Positions 19,005 to 29,737 of a DNA stretch of 64,000 nucleotides are shown here, piece by piece; position 1 is the first letter of the stretch; each line of letters opens with the position of its first letter. The notes below the pieces were generated by a model that was not told where the DNA came from, did not search any database, and worked only from the letters and a program-made list of their open reading frames with translations. Source of the DNA: Spirochaetia bacterium (GTDB taxonomy: Bacteria; Spirochaetota; Spirochaetia; DSM-2461); NCBI GenBank assembly GCA_963668315.1, contig OY764216.1, forward strand, positions 4,288,001-4,352,000. Direction: 5' to 3'. The translations under genes were made by a program, and so were the position numbers.

Positions 19005-20354
19005 CTAAAAATAACTTACCCCTGGCATACCCAGATGTAAAGCCATACGTATTAACAGTACTAACACAATGGCCATAATGAGTAAAATGGTAATAATCAG
19101 GTCATCCAGTAAATGGGCAATATTCTCCCGTAAAAACCCCCAATTCATGACAATATAAGTTGGAATATCATTAAGGGATATGACTATGATAACTCCCAAT
19201 AAGCCAAAGAAATGATAAACCAAAGGAGTCAGAATAATCATATAAAGAAACTTAACAAAATTTCCTATAGATTCATACTGTGGTTTCCCAAATACATACA
19301 GAGAATTACTATTAGACACATAGAGAACATAGGGCCACATCCCAATTGCCAGGATAGGAAGCATCCAGGCAGCGGCATAATATCTATCATCATAGAGCAG
19401 AGTGATTACATAATCTCCAAAACATGTCAGAAGAATGGTTGGAATTGCCGTTAAAAGGAGCAGAATTCGTCTTGGTTTTACAACCATCTTCCGGTATTCA
19501 CCTCTAGGTAGATCACGGTAGCGACTAAATAGAGGGAATAAAACCATACTAGAGAGTCTTCCGACAATCTGCTTTATAAGTTCAGAGAACATAATGGCAA
19601 TATTGAAAAATCCTAAAGCTTTAAAAGTCAATAACTTCCCTAATAAGATTTTATCTATTTGACTAGCCACAAATGTTAATGCAGTTGAAAGAAAAATCCA
19701 TTTCCCAAAATGTAATATCTCACTAAAGTACTGTTTTTCGATTGTAAGTCTTGGTTTGATATCTCCTTTTAAAAGAAAATGACTGAAAAACAGTCGTAGA
19801 GATGAAGAAACCAATGAAATGATGACCAAAGACCATATGCTCCTATAGTAATAGGCAAAAAGTATACCAGCAAGAGCGCCAAAGATTTGAGCAGATAAAT
19901 CGATACAAGATAAAGCACCTTGTTTTAATTCCTTCCTGTACAATAATAATTTGACAGAGTTAAACCCTTGAAGAGATGCTATAGCACCTATAAAGATGAT
20001 AATCCCCTTTAATTGGGGCTCATGATAAAAATAAGCAACAGGAACTGAGATAATCAATGCAATCGCAGTTATTATTCCCCCCCTTACCACTTGTAGTGTC
20101 CAGACAGTATTAATAAACGGTTCCTTATCTGTCTCACCACTTTTTATAACCGAAGGGCCAAGACCGATATCTGAAAACAAATTAATTCCTTGAATAAATA
20201 CATTGGCGATAGAGACTATCCCAAAATATTCGGGAACAAGTAAACGGGTTAAAATTAAGTTATTAGCAAGACGAATTACCTGTCCCAAACCATAACCGAA
20301 CAAGGTAAAAAAAGAAGCTTCTAACGCCAGCCTTTTATGATTTTTACTTTCCAC
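19005..20354 (-). CDS. wzx: Wzx-type oligosaccharide flippase (paralog 1)
   Basis: LILTRLLVPEYFG, SDIGLG, FGKWIF, DKILLGK; about 12 TM segments. Confidence 0.85.
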   Translation of the reverse strand: MESKNHKRLALEASFFTLFGYGLGQVIRLANNLILTRLLVPEYFGIVSIANVFIQGINLFSDIGLGPSVIKSGETDKEPFINTVWTLQVVRGGIITAIALIISVPVAYFYHEPQLKGIIIFIGAIASLQGFNSVKLLLYRKELKQGALSCIDLSAQIFGALAGILFAYYYRSIWSLVIISLVSSSLRLFFSHFLLKGDIKPRLTIEKQYFSEILHFGKWIFLSTALTFVASQIDKILLGKLLTFKALGFFNIAIMFSELIKQIVGRLSSMVLFPLFSRYRDLPRGEYRKMVVKPRRILLLLTAIPTILLTCFGDYVITLLYDDRYYAAAWMLPILAIGMWPYVLYVSNSNSLYVFGKPQYESIGNFVKFLYMIILTPLVYHFFGLLGVIIVISLNDIPTYIVMNWGFLRENIAHLLDDLIITILLIMAIVLVLLIRMALHLGMPGVSYF

Positions 20355-20393
20355 TAAATTTCCTTTTATTATTTATTCTATTAATTGATGATT

Positions 20394-21713
20394 TTACACC
20401 GCTAAAAGATTTCTCTTATTATTAACTAAATACTCACAATAACTAACTAATGCGCCCGAGCATAATGTATAAATAACATTCATCATCGCATTCACAAGGC
20501 AATCATAAGCGAAAAGTATGATAATCAAACATAGAACAATACTTTCAAGACAAAAATGATTTTTCTTCATATTTCTTATGATTGTAAGAGGACCAGCAAG
20601 AATAAGAGTAAACTGACTCAACAACCCAAGTAAACCTTGGGAAGCATATGAAATAATCCATAAAGAATCGACAACCACAGCTCGGTTTGTTAATGGGTTG
20701 ACTCCATTTATCCCACGAGCCCATCGGCTCCAACCCCAAAATACTTGTCCTAAACCCATACTTTTTAATAAAACCTCTTCTGAATTCAGCCGGAACAATA
20801 GTGACTCGATTCGTTCTTCATCAAAAAAGCGTGACATCAAAATAGAAAGATCATTAACAGTAACTAAACTCTGAATTCTCAGAAGAAAATAAACGGGGAC
20901 TATAATTATTAGTAATACAAAGAATTTCTCTGTAGTCTTTCTTTTATATATAAACCAAGAAAATAGTCCCAATATACCTAAAAAGAGAGCTCCCTTTGAT
21001 TTGGACATTACTAGAGTTGTAAAACAGACAGCAAATACGATAAGAAGAGGTAAGTGAAACATTTTTCGAATGTTCTTATCTCTCCACATCCAAAAAGAAA
21101 CAACAGCTCCGGCCATTAACCAAAAAGACACCATTAATCCATGGGTCATAAAAACAATGGGCCTATATCCGCCATATCTGAAATGCTGTATCCAGCTATG
21201 TTGAAAAAAACCATATATTTTAAGATTCAGCTGAGGACTCATCCTTAATTCATACTGGCATAGAGGAACATATATCAACACCCCAGCCAAGATGTAGCGA
21301 ATTAGCAATTTCAAGTCCTCTTCTTTCCTGAAATATTTTCGTCCTGTAACGAAAGAGACTCCCCATGAAAAAAATAAGGCTAACCCGTTAACAAAACCTT
21401 CATAAGCTCCAAAGCCATTGATGACTGATGAGATAATGGGACTAATAAAACAATAAAGAATCAAAATTCTATCAAAGTTATTTTTTTTATATTTGACCCT
21501 CTTTTTCGATAATGCTTCCCCAATCAAAATTCCCAAAGCAATGGCGACTTCCTTGTTATAAGTAATAACAGGCAGATCTATTGAGAGTTTGGGCAAAAAA
21601 CAGATGCCCCCGATATAGGAGAGAAGTACGGCAACTCTTGCATCTTTCTTCTGAAACCAGTAAATAGTGAGAGGCACCCAAAAGATCAGCATAAATTTTG
21701 CAAAAATCATCAT
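20394..21713 (-). CDS. Wzy/O-antigen-ligase-like polymerase
   Basis: Polytopic membrane protein with RYGGYRP.VF..HGL, SKSKGA, SLLFR, FWGW, DSLWI. Confidence 0.7.
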   Translation of the reverse strand: MMIFAKFMLIFWVPLTIYWFQKKDARVAVLLSYIGGICFLPKLSIDLPVITYNKEVAIALGILIGEALSKKRVKYKKNNFDRILILYCFISPIISSVINGFGAYEGFVNGLALFFSWGVSFVTGRKYFRKEEDLKLLIRYILAGVLIYVPLCQYELRMSPQLNLKIYGFFQHSWIQHFRYGGYRPIVFMTHGLMVSFWLMAGAVVSFWMWRDKNIRKMFHLPLLIVFAVCFTTLVMSKSKGALFLGILGLFSWFIYKRKTTEKFFVLLIIIVPVYFLLRIQSLVTVNDLSILMSRFFDEERIESLLFRLNSEEVLLKSMGLGQVFWGWSRWARGINGVNPLTNRAVVVDSLWIISYASQGLLGLLSQFTLILAGPLTIIRNMKKNHFCLESIVLCLIIILFAYDCLVNAMMNVIYTLCSGALVSYCEYLVNNKRNLLAV

Positions 21714-21764
21714 ATCTTTCTTATGCCTCTTCCTATACCCGGTTCATTTTATTACTTAATACTA

Positions 21765-23114
21765 TCATAAAAACTGCGCCCCTGGCAGTCCCCAATGGAA
21801 CATAAGACGTACAAGTATAAAAAGTCCAATAATAATAGCCAGAAATACAGTAGAGATCAAATCGTCGAACAAGAGGGATATTCTTTCCTTTAAATATCCC
21901 CAGTTCAAAACAATATATGGTGGCAGATCATTAAGAGCGATGGCGATAATAACACCTATCAGCCCGAAATACCGATAAGCAAAAGGAAGGAGAATCACCA
22001 TATAGAGAAATTTAACAAGATTTCCATAAGCATGGTATTGGGCTTTTCCCAAAACATAAAGGGAATTGCTGTTGGAAATGTACAAGGCATAAGGCCACAT
22101 ACCCAAAGCCAAAACGGGGAGCATCCATGCGGCCGCTTTATATCTGTCGTCATAGAGAATAGTAATTAAAAAATCCCCGTAGCAGACCAGAAAAGCCGTA
22201 AGTATCCCAGTAAGAAGAAGAAGGATTCTCCGCGGTTTTTTGATCATTTCCCGGTAGTCCTTGCGTGACAGATGCTGGTATTTACTATAAAGAGGAAAAA
22301 GCACCATTCCGGAAAGCCTCTCTAAAACCTGTTTGATAAGTTCAGAAAACATAATGGCAATATTGAAGACCCCCAGGGTTTCAAAGGACAAAAGCTTTCC
22401 CAAAAGGATCTTGTCGGTTTGTCCAGCCACGAATGTCATGGAAGTGGCGAAAAAAATCCACTTTCCGAATTGCAATATTTCATTAATATATTTCTTTTCC
22501 AGAACGATACGAGGTTTTATATTTCCCTTAAGAATAAGATGACTACCCAAGAGTTCTAAAAGAGACCCGAAGAAAGCGGAAATAACAAGAGACCAGATCG
22601 TTCTAAAGTAATAAGCGATGGCGATTCCAATGACAGCAGTAATAATCTGAATAGCTAAATACATAAGAGACAGGATTCCCTGTTTTAACTCTTTATTATA
22701 CAGAGCCAGATTCGTGGAATTAAACCCTTCCAGAAGGGAAAAGGAACCTATGAAAATAATCATGCCAATAAGCTTTGGCTCATTGTAAAATTTAGCTACC
22801 GGAACAGCTATTAGGATAGAAATAACAGTAAGGATCACACCTCTTATGATTTGAATCGTCCAGACAGTATTGATAAATTCCTCATCATCGGTTTTATCGC
22901 TCCTTATAATAGAAGGACCTAACCCTATATCGGAAAAGAGATTTATCCCAACGATAAATACATTGGCGATAGAAACTATTCCAAAATACTCCGGAACAAG
23001 CAACCGGGTAAGAATCAGATTATTTACCAGTCTGATGACTTGAGAAGAACCGAACCCGAATAGTGTAAAGAAAGATGCCTCCAAAGCAATTCGTTTATTA
23101 GACTTTTGTTTCAT
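21765..23114 (-). CDS. wzx: Wzx-type oligosaccharide flippase (paralog 2)
   Basis: Same length (449 aa) and extensive identity with 19005..20354. Confidence 0.85.
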   Translation of the reverse strand: MKQKSNKRIALEASFFTLFGFGSSQVIRLVNNLILTRLLVPEYFGIVSIANVFIVGINLFSDIGLGPSIIRSDKTDDEEFINTVWTIQIIRGVILTVISILIAVPVAKFYNEPKLIGMIIFIGSFSLLEGFNSTNLALYNKELKQGILSLMYLAIQIITAVIGIAIAYYFRTIWSLVISAFFGSLLELLGSHLILKGNIKPRIVLEKKYINEILQFGKWIFFATSMTFVAGQTDKILLGKLLSFETLGVFNIAIMFSELIKQVLERLSGMVLFPLYSKYQHLSRKDYREMIKKPRRILLLLTGILTAFLVCYGDFLITILYDDRYKAAAWMLPVLALGMWPYALYISNSNSLYVLGKAQYHAYGNLVKFLYMVILLPFAYRYFGLIGVIIAIALNDLPPYIVLNWGYLKERISLLFDDLISTVFLAIIIGLFILVRLMFHWGLPGAQFL

Positions 23115-23132
23115 TTTTACCTAAGAAAAACC

Positions 23133-26100
23133 CTATCGGGCAACTTTCATCCTTCTTTGTTTTTGTTTTTCCACTCTCGAAAGGATATGAGAGCGCGGCT
23201 CACCGCCTCCTCCTGCCCGTAGATATCCGGCCAGACTCTCCACAGTGGTGTAACGGAACATCATGGCAACGGGAATTTCCTCTTTTGCCAATTTTCCCAG
23301 TTCCCGATGCATTTCCATAATCTGAAGAGAGGTTCCGCCCAAATCAAAAAAATTATCTCTGGGACCGATAGGTACATTCAGAATCCTCTCCCAAATTTGG
23401 GCAATTTGCTTTTCCATCTCTCCTTCAATCTTTTCTTTAACCAAGTTCTGACTCTTCATCATAGTCAAATCTCTGGGCAGTTTCTTTCTGTCAAGTTTTC
23501 CATTATCACTCAGTGGCAGCTCTTCCAGAGAAAAGATAAGGGAGGGAACCATATATTTAGGAGACGTCTTTAGAATATGGCTTTTTAAAACCTCAATATT
23601 TAGTTCTCCGTCTTCGGGCACAACATAAGCGATAAGCCGTTGATCAGTACCGAAATCACCGTCCACTATGACGGCCGACGTTTTTACCCCCGGATGGTTG
23701 TTCAGGGTCGATTCAATCTCTCCCAGTTCGATACGCTGTCCGTGCAGCTGAACCTGATTATCGCTTCTTCCGAAATAGAGAACATCTCCGTCCATCGTCC
23801 ACTGTGCCAGATCACCGGAAAGATACATCTTACGGTTGCTATCAAGAAAGTGATCGACAAAAACCTTTTCCGTTAAATCTCCCCTCTTATAGTATCCCCT
23901 GGCCAACCCGGAACCGGCCAGATAAAGATCTCCCAGAACCCCTGGAGGAAGGGGACGCAAACTCTTATCCAAAACATAAACCTGAGTATCGGATACGGGT
24001 TTTCCGATAGGGACGACGGAACATTCCTTCTCACAATTCCAGTAAGTTATGAAAATGGTCGCCTCCGTTGGTCCGTAAAGGTTATGGAGTCTGGCTTGGG
24101 GAAACTTCCTGTAAAAATCATTTACGACCCCTGCCGGCAGTGCTTCTCCGCAGCAAAGCACATCCCCTATCATGGGGCAGCTTTCGGGATTCGTCGTATT
24201 CAGAAAAACATTTAAGAGGGAAGGGACAAAATGAAGAATGGATATATTCTCCCTTTGAATTATATCGGTCAGATAGCTATTGTCCAGATGTCCCTCAGGC
24301 TCAGCGATAACCAGAGGAGCGCCCGTTGTCAGGGGAAGCCAGAACTCCATACCTGAAACATCAAAATTATAGGGTGTCTTTAATAGGGTTTTTCTTTCCG
24401 TTCCGAAGTGGAATGTCCTGTTCATCCACAGGATCCGGTCAGTCAGCCCTCCATGCTCCACCTCAACACCCTTGGGTTTCCCCGTTGAGCCGGACGTATA
24501 AAAAAGGTAGGCTCGTGTCGAGGAAGCCACAGCCCCATCCGGATTTCCGGGATCGTCCCCCTCTATAAGGCGGCTATCGTCCAGAGACAGGATATTGACT
24601 TCGGGGAAATCTGCCCTGAGAATCTCTTCATACGCTTTCATTGACAGAAGAAGAGATAGGCCGGTATCCTCTACAAGATATTTTTTGTATTCTCTGGGAT
24701 GGGTCGGTTCAATCGGCATATAGGATGCCCCCGTTTTGAGGATTCCCAGCATACCAACCACCATCTCTAAGGACCTTTCCAGGGAAAGCCCTATGACCGC
24801 TTCCGGCTGTGCGCCCAATCGGATCAATTCTTCGGCGAGTATATTTGCCCGGCGATTCAATTCTCCATAGGAGAGGGATTCACCCCTGAAGCGAAGAGCT
24901 GTTTTCATCGGTTGCTGACTCACTTGCTCTTCAAAATATTGATGTACTCCTTTGAACTCCACCGGCGGGTATGAAGTATTGTTCCAGTCATAACATACTT
25001 TCTGTCTCCACACCTCAGAAACCCACACCGTTTGGGAGAGGGGAAAATCGACACCCTGAACAATTTGTTCCATAATGGTTAAAAAGGAGGCAGGGAAAAG
25101 TTCTGCCCTCTCTTTTGTAAAAAGAGCCTCATTAAACTCCAGCTCCCAATGATATATATCGTCTCTTTCCCAGAAATAAAAAAACAAGTCCAGTTGAGAA
25201 CCATGACCGGGAATAGCAAGCGGTTCAACAGTCAGGCCGTCCAGAGTCAATTCCATGGGGTATTCATTTGTAAAGCCGACCTGAAAAAGGGGGTTGTACT
25301 TCCTGTCTAACTCCCCTTTCACCGCTTTGATAACCTGAAGATAGGGAACAAATTGGTTCCTGTGAACAAGAAGCATCTTTCTTCGAACCTGTTTTAGCAG
25401 ATCGATGAACGTCATATCTTCGGAAAAATCAATTACCAAAGGAAGGATATTCATAAAACACCCGAAAATATCCTCGAAGATTGGCTTACCCCGATTTGTG
25501 CGCGGTACACCTACGGCAATTCTATCCTGCCCGGAATATTTATGAAGCAACAGATAATACGCCGCAAGAAGAACGAGATAAGGAGACGTGCTTTCTTTTT
25601 CACAGTACCTGTGCAATGCAATGGAAAGGTCTGATGAAAATTCACCTGCAAGACGAGAGCCTGTTGTCCGGGAAAAAGAAGGTCTTTCGAAATCAGTTGT
25701 CAGAGTCAGGGGATCGGAAACAAGATTCATTCTTTGCCAAAAGTCGTTCATTTTCCCGTAATCGTCGGAACCGGAAAAGTCCTCCATACTCCTTACATAA
25801 CACTCATAGGAGACCGCCTCCCTCAGAGAAGGCTCCGCCCCCCGGATAAGACTATTATAGATAAGGCTAAATTCCTCTCCGAAAATATCCTTGGAACGAA
25901 GATCCACAATCAGGTGATGAAACACGAAAAGAAGACGTCTCTTGCTGCCGTCTTTATAGAGAATAAAACGGAAAAGCGGTCCCTTTTCTATATAAAAGGG
26001 AGTGCAGATATCCTCTTCCAACCCTTCGGCAGAATACTCTTTTTCAGTGAGTTCGAAATACAGGTCGTCGTATACGATCTGTTCCGGTCCTTCCGTCCCC

Positions 26101-26294
26101 ATAATGAACCTGGCACGGAGCATTTCATGTCTATTAACAAGCAAATCAAGGGTCTTTCGAACCGCATCGGTATTCAAAGAACCTTTAATCTCAAATAGAG
26201 AGGCCATATTGTATGCGGAACCCTCCGGTTCCTGTTGGTACTGAAGCCAAAACTGCTTCTGTACGGCAGAAAGGTTTAACCGTTTCTCATGCAT
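23133..26294 (-). CDS. Single-module NRPS (C-A-T), no thioesterase or reductase
   Basis: C domain HHLIVDL; A domain YTSGSTGKPKG, FDVS, NLYGPTE, SGDL, RIELGEIE, NGKLDRK; T domain FFDLGGTSL. The probable start ATG at 26294 overlaps the upstream stop (ORF track start is 26327). Confidence 0.92.
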   Translation of the reverse strand: MHEKRLNLSAVQKQFWLQYQQEPEGSAYNMASLFEIKGSLNTDAVRKTLDLLVNRHEMLRARFIMGTEGPEQIVYDDLYFELTEKEYSAEGLEEDICTPFYIEKGPLFRFILYKDGSKRRLLFVFHHLIVDLRSKDIFGEEFSLIYNSLIRGAEPSLREAVSYECYVRSMEDFSGSDDYGKMNDFWQRMNLVSDPLTLTTDFERPSFSRTTGSRLAGEFSSDLSIALHRYCEKESTSPYLVLLAAYYLLLHKYSGQDRIAVGVPRTNRGKPIFEDIFGCFMNILPLVIDFSEDMTFIDLLKQVRRKMLLVHRNQFVPYLQVIKAVKGELDRKYNPLFQVGFTNEYPMELTLDGLTVEPLAIPGHGSQLDLFFYFWERDDIYHWELEFNEALFTKERAELFPASFLTIMEQIVQGVDFPLSQTVWVSEVWRQKVCYDWNNTSYPPVEFKGVHQYFEEQVSQQPMKTALRFRGESLSYGELNRRANILAEELIRLGAQPEAVIGLSLERSLEMVVGMLGILKTGASYMPIEPTHPREYKKYLVEDTGLSLLLSMKAYEEILRADFPEVNILSLDDSRLIEGDDPGNPDGAVASSTRAYLFYTSGSTGKPKGVEVEHGGLTDRILWMNRTFHFGTERKTLLKTPYNFDVSGMEFWLPLTTGAPLVIAEPEGHLDNSYLTDIIQRENISILHFVPSLLNVFLNTTNPESCPMIGDVLCCGEALPAGVVNDFYRKFPQARLHNLYGPTEATIFITYWNCEKECSVVPIGKPVSDTQVYVLDKSLRPLPPGVLGDLYLAGSGLARGYYKRGDLTEKVFVDHFLDSNRKMYLSGDLAQWTMDGDVLYFGRSDNQVQLHGQRIELGEIESTLNNHPGVKTSAVIVDGDFGTDQRLIAYVVPEDGELNIEVLKSHILKTSPKYMVPSLIFSLEELPLSDNGKLDRKKLPRDLTMMKSQNLVKEKIEGEMEKQIAQIWERILNVPIGPRDNFFDLGGTSLQIMEMHRELGKLAKEEIPVAMMFRYTTVESLAGYLRAGGGGEPRSHILSRVEKQKQRRMKVAR

Positions 26295-27597
26295 TGGTAA
26301 ACTGCTCCACATCATAACGTCCGACAAAAATGGGAACCTTCCCTTCGGGAGAACCGGATTTTTCCAGAAGATTCGTCAGATATGTGCGGTCATCCCACCC
26401 CTGGCTATGGCATAATCCCAGAATACCCATGTTCTCTCTGCTGCCGACTTGCGCTCTTAACTTGATTTTAGGAATAAAGGCTTTAATCTCGTCATCGACC
26501 TGATAAAGATTCACTAATTTTTTGGGATCACCATGGAGCAGGACCGATTCGTCCAAAGACATGTAGAGATCAAAGAGAACGGAATATGGCTGGATACAGA
26601 CCAATCCGTAAGAGGTAAAAGGACTGATTTCCCGATCCGACGTGTCCAGTCCACCTATCAAATACTGCTGGAGCTGCTTCTTCCCTACCCGGGGCAGCTT
26701 GTAATACTCCTTGCCATCGATCACTTCACCGGCATAATCGCAGGTGAATTCATTCATAAGGTCTCCCGTCAGGATAATGACCTTTTCCCGGTCAATTCTT
26801 TCATCCCCATCAACCAGTGTTTTGATATTCCTGGCCAGAAGAATATTCAGGGCGGCGCAATGAACGTTAAAATCACGAAAATCCTGACAACTGTAGGGGG
26901 CTTCTCCCATGGCGTCCAGAATATCTTCCCGGGAAGCGGGGAAAGTTTTATGGGTTATTCCGATATGCCCGGCAATCTTTATTGATTTTTCCGAATCTTC
27001 CGATTTACCCAGATCTAGGGTACACGCGATGGGAGAATCAAGATAAGCCGCGGCTTTAGAGGCGATGATTGTACTATCCAGACCTCCTGAAAGGGCAATG
27101 AAAACCGTCCAACCTTCTTTTTCCTTCCGGCGGATAGACTGAAATACAAGGTTCAAACGATGGTTAAGTTCATCCTGAAAGTCCTTAACATCCTCCGTTA
27201 GGGCCCCCCAGTCAAAGGCATCCCTGTTCAATGTGCCCTGAGGTTCTACAACAGGAGCCAAAGACCGAAGCTTAGTTAAACCATGCGAAGAGAGTCGTAC
27301 TTTATAACCGGCAGGCAAGGAGCAGATCTTTGTATTCCAATGAAAAAGATCAGTAAATCTTCGCGAAAAATGGAATTTTCCCTCGCCGTCCCGACAGTAG
27401 AAAAGTTTATGGATACCCAAGGGATCCCTTACACCTTCATAAGTCCCTTCATCAATCCTCCTGAGACAGGCGAACTGTCCGTAGATTGTCCCCTCATCAT
27501 AATGATCCAATGAGTCCCTGAACAGATCTGCATCTCTGTCTATGATAAATGTATTATGACCCCACTTTTCTATAATAAAAGGAGTATTATCTTTCAC
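26287..27597 (-). CDS. Asparagine-synthase-related ATP pyrophosphatase lacking the N-terminal glutaminase Cys
   Basis: RDPLGIHKLFY, LSGGLDST (PP-loop), ILTGDLMNE; no N-terminal Cys; truncated Ntn domain. Confidence 0.75.
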   Translation of the reverse strand: MKDNTPFIIEKWGHNTFIIDRDADLFRDSLDHYDEGTIYGQFACLRRIDEGTYEGVRDPLGIHKLFYCRDGEGKFHFSRRFTDLFHWNTKICSLPAGYKVRLSSHGLTKLRSLAPVVEPQGTLNRDAFDWGALTEDVKDFQDELNHRLNLVFQSIRRKEKEGWTVFIALSGGLDSTIIASKAAAYLDSPIACTLDLGKSEDSEKSIKIAGHIGITHKTFPASREDILDAMGEAPYSCQDFRDFNVHCAALNILLARNIKTLVDGDERIDREKVIILTGDLMNEFTCDYAGEVIDGKEYYKLPRVGKKQLQQYLIGGLDTSDREISPFTSYGLVCIQPYSVLFDLYMSLDESVLLHGDPKKLVNLYQVDDEIKAFIPKIKLRAQVGSRENMGILGLCHSQGWDDRTYLTNLLEKSGSPEGKVPIFVGRYDVEQFTNA

Positions 27598-27722
27598 TTT
27601 TCTCTCCCATTCTTAAATCCGAAACAATAAGACACAACTTAATATACCGGAATATTCATAAAAAATCTAAATTATTTAGATGAATGAAATGAAAAACCGT
27701 TTTTCTCAGATATACTAAAGAT

Positions 27723-28580
27723 ATGAATACTAAAGTAATGATAATCCTGACGGCTGTTTTCCTATTTACCATTTCATGCGACAAAGGAGATAACATGTTT
27801 CTTTCCCGTTCCCGGCTTTCCGACGTTAACCCAGGAAAAGGATCTCCCCAGATAGTGACTCTAAGACAAAATATGAAGAAAAAATCCTTTCTTCTTCAAT
27901 TTCCGGCGGATTATCAGGCTGATAAAACTTATCCGCTAGTTATAGCCTTGCATGGCTGGACAGAAAAGGAAGATTACTATTTCAGGCCATTCGAAGAAGA
28001 GCAAAATGATAGGCAAGAATACCCATGTATTTACCTGGCGCCCAACAATACCACCTATGGATGGGGAGAAAAGGCAGCTTGGGCAAGAAAAATCGCCGCC
28101 GAGCTGACTGTCCAATATCCAATAGATGAGGAACGTATCTATATCATAGGATTTTCCATGGGAGGTTCCGGCTCATTTGACTTTGCCGAATCCCTCTATA
28201 AAGAACAGGGTCTGATGGCCGCAGCCATTCTGCGATGCGCCGGCATGAGCCGCCCCACCCTTAAAGAGCCGCTTTTCTTTCGTACAGCCCTGAGTTATAA
28301 TATAGGGGACCGGGATTCACTGGAAAATGTATTCGAAACCTTTCAGGAATCAATGACCTATTACAGCAAAAACACAAACACATCCATAGGGAATGAAGAA
28401 ATTACCTTTAGCTACAAAGAGAGGCAAATCATCAAAACCACCAAATCACTTACGGATAATGATTCGGGGTTAGAGAAGTATAGGTTTAGCCTCTATTCCC
28501 CCATGAGTCATGAGTATGGACCGGTTTTTCTGACCGATGAAGAGTATGGATGGCTTTTCAGTCAGTCCTTGGGAAAATAG
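27723..28580 (+). CDS. Lipoprotein alpha/beta-hydrolase (esterase-like)
   Basis: Lipobox-like FTISC; YPLVIALHG, IDEERIYIIGFSMGG, C-terminal His (MSHE). Confidence 0.8.
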   Translation: MNTKVMIILTAVFLFTISCDKGDNMFLSRSRLSDVNPGKGSPQIVTLRQNMKKKSFLLQFPADYQADKTYPLVIALHGWTEKEDYYFRPFEEEQNDRQEYPCIYLAPNNTTYGWGEKAAWARKIAAELTVQYPIDEERIYIIGFSMGGSGSFDFAESLYKEQGLMAAAILRCAGMSRPTLKEPLFFRTALSYNIGDRDSLENVFETFQESMTYYSKNTNTSIGNEEITFSYKERQIIKTTKSLTDNDSGLEKYRFSLYSPMSHEYGPVFLTDEEYGWLFSQSLGK

Positions 28581-28602
28581 AATTACCCTTTATAGTCAAT
28601 TC

Positions 28603-29652
28603 TTATTTATATATTTTACCCTTACGATAAACGGATAAGGCATAGATAAAGAAGGATAGAGAAATAAAGAATTCCTTATATTCTGTGACTTCCCAAATAC
28701 GAGAGAAAGCATCACCTTTCCACAAGAACAAAATCTGAGTAAGAGAGACAAGAATTGTTGTAAGATATAAAAATAACTTGTCCTGACTATCTTTATTTAA
28801 AGTAGAAAGATAGAATAATATTACCACAGCGCCGCAGAAAGAGATCTGAATAAAACTTATATTCCACATATCAAAATTATACGCACACGGAATAGCTCCG
28901 GTTACTACTATAAAAGTACCAGGCCAGAAATAAGAAAGGAAGTCATTTTTCTTTATATAGGGTATTTTTATTTTTAAGAACGGCATGACAACCAGGAATA
29001 GAAAAGAACCGAAATAAAACATGAGCTCAAGACGATCGGTGGCAAAATTATGAAAATTCATTTCGCTTTGAATATTATTTTTAAAGGAATCGGGCGTTTC
29101 AATATTGAAGACCCGTTGAAACCAAGAAATTTCTTCTCCTGCCATGACAAAAAAGATGAGGCAAAAAAAGCAAAGCATAAATAGAATACTTTTATTCTTA
29201 TGCCTGAAATTTTTCAAAAAAGACATAAAAAATACAATGCTGCTTAGGAAAAATAGAACGGCAGTACCCCATTCGACAATACCGTCTTCTAATGATAATT
29301 TGCTAAAAGCAGAGGGCTTAAATATAAAAATCAATAAAAAGAAGAGAGAGAGAAAATAACCAATAAATGTAAATATATTATTTATTGAATTTTTATTTTC
29401 AACACTAAAAATTATCACCTGATTATCATCACCAATGCTCTTAATATATCCGAACAAAAGCAGTAATGAAATAAAGATGAGTATGCTTTGTAACAGATAT
29501 TCTTCAGTAAAAATGGGTAAATCTTCTTCCAGAGCGTACGGCTTTAAGGTATCAATTCCAAATACCAAAATCATTCCCACGAATCCTATAATCAGTGCGA
29601 TATTTCTTAAATGTCTATGAATTAATTTATTTGAGGATTTCATATTCAACAA
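28603..29652 (-). CDS. Polytopic membrane protein of unknown function
   Basis: About 9-10 TM segments with polar motifs EDGIVEW, GEEISWFQR, NIQSEMNFHN, EYKE. Confidence 0.7.
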   Translation of the reverse strand: MLNMKSSNKLIHRHLRNIALIIGFVGMILVFGIDTLKPYALEEDLPIFTEEYLLQSILIFISLLLLFGYIKSIGDDNQVIIFSVENKNSINNIFTFIGYFLSLFFLLIFIFKPSAFSKLSLEDGIVEWGTAVLFFLSSIVFFMSFLKNFRHKNKSILFMLCFFCLIFFVMAGEEISWFQRVFNIETPDSFKNNIQSEMNFHNFATDRLELMFYFGSFLFLVVMPFLKIKIPYIKKNDFLSYFWPGTFIVVTGAIPCAYNFDMWNISFIQISFCGAVVILFYLSTLNKDSQDKLFLYLTTILVSLTQILFLWKGDAFSRIWEVTEYKEFFISLSFFIYALSVYRKGKIYK

Positions 29653-29737
29653 TGCTCCTTTCCAGCAATATTCATACCTGCTTCAGTTTTGTGTTCACCA
29701 GAAGAAGTTTATATAATGCCCGAATTCCATTATCGGC

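Noticed and set aside
26287..27597. Lasso-peptide cyclase or beta-lactam synthetase cluster
   Set aside because: No precursor peptide, B1/B2 proteins or carbapenem/clavam genes are visible; the context is NRPS plus glycan genes.
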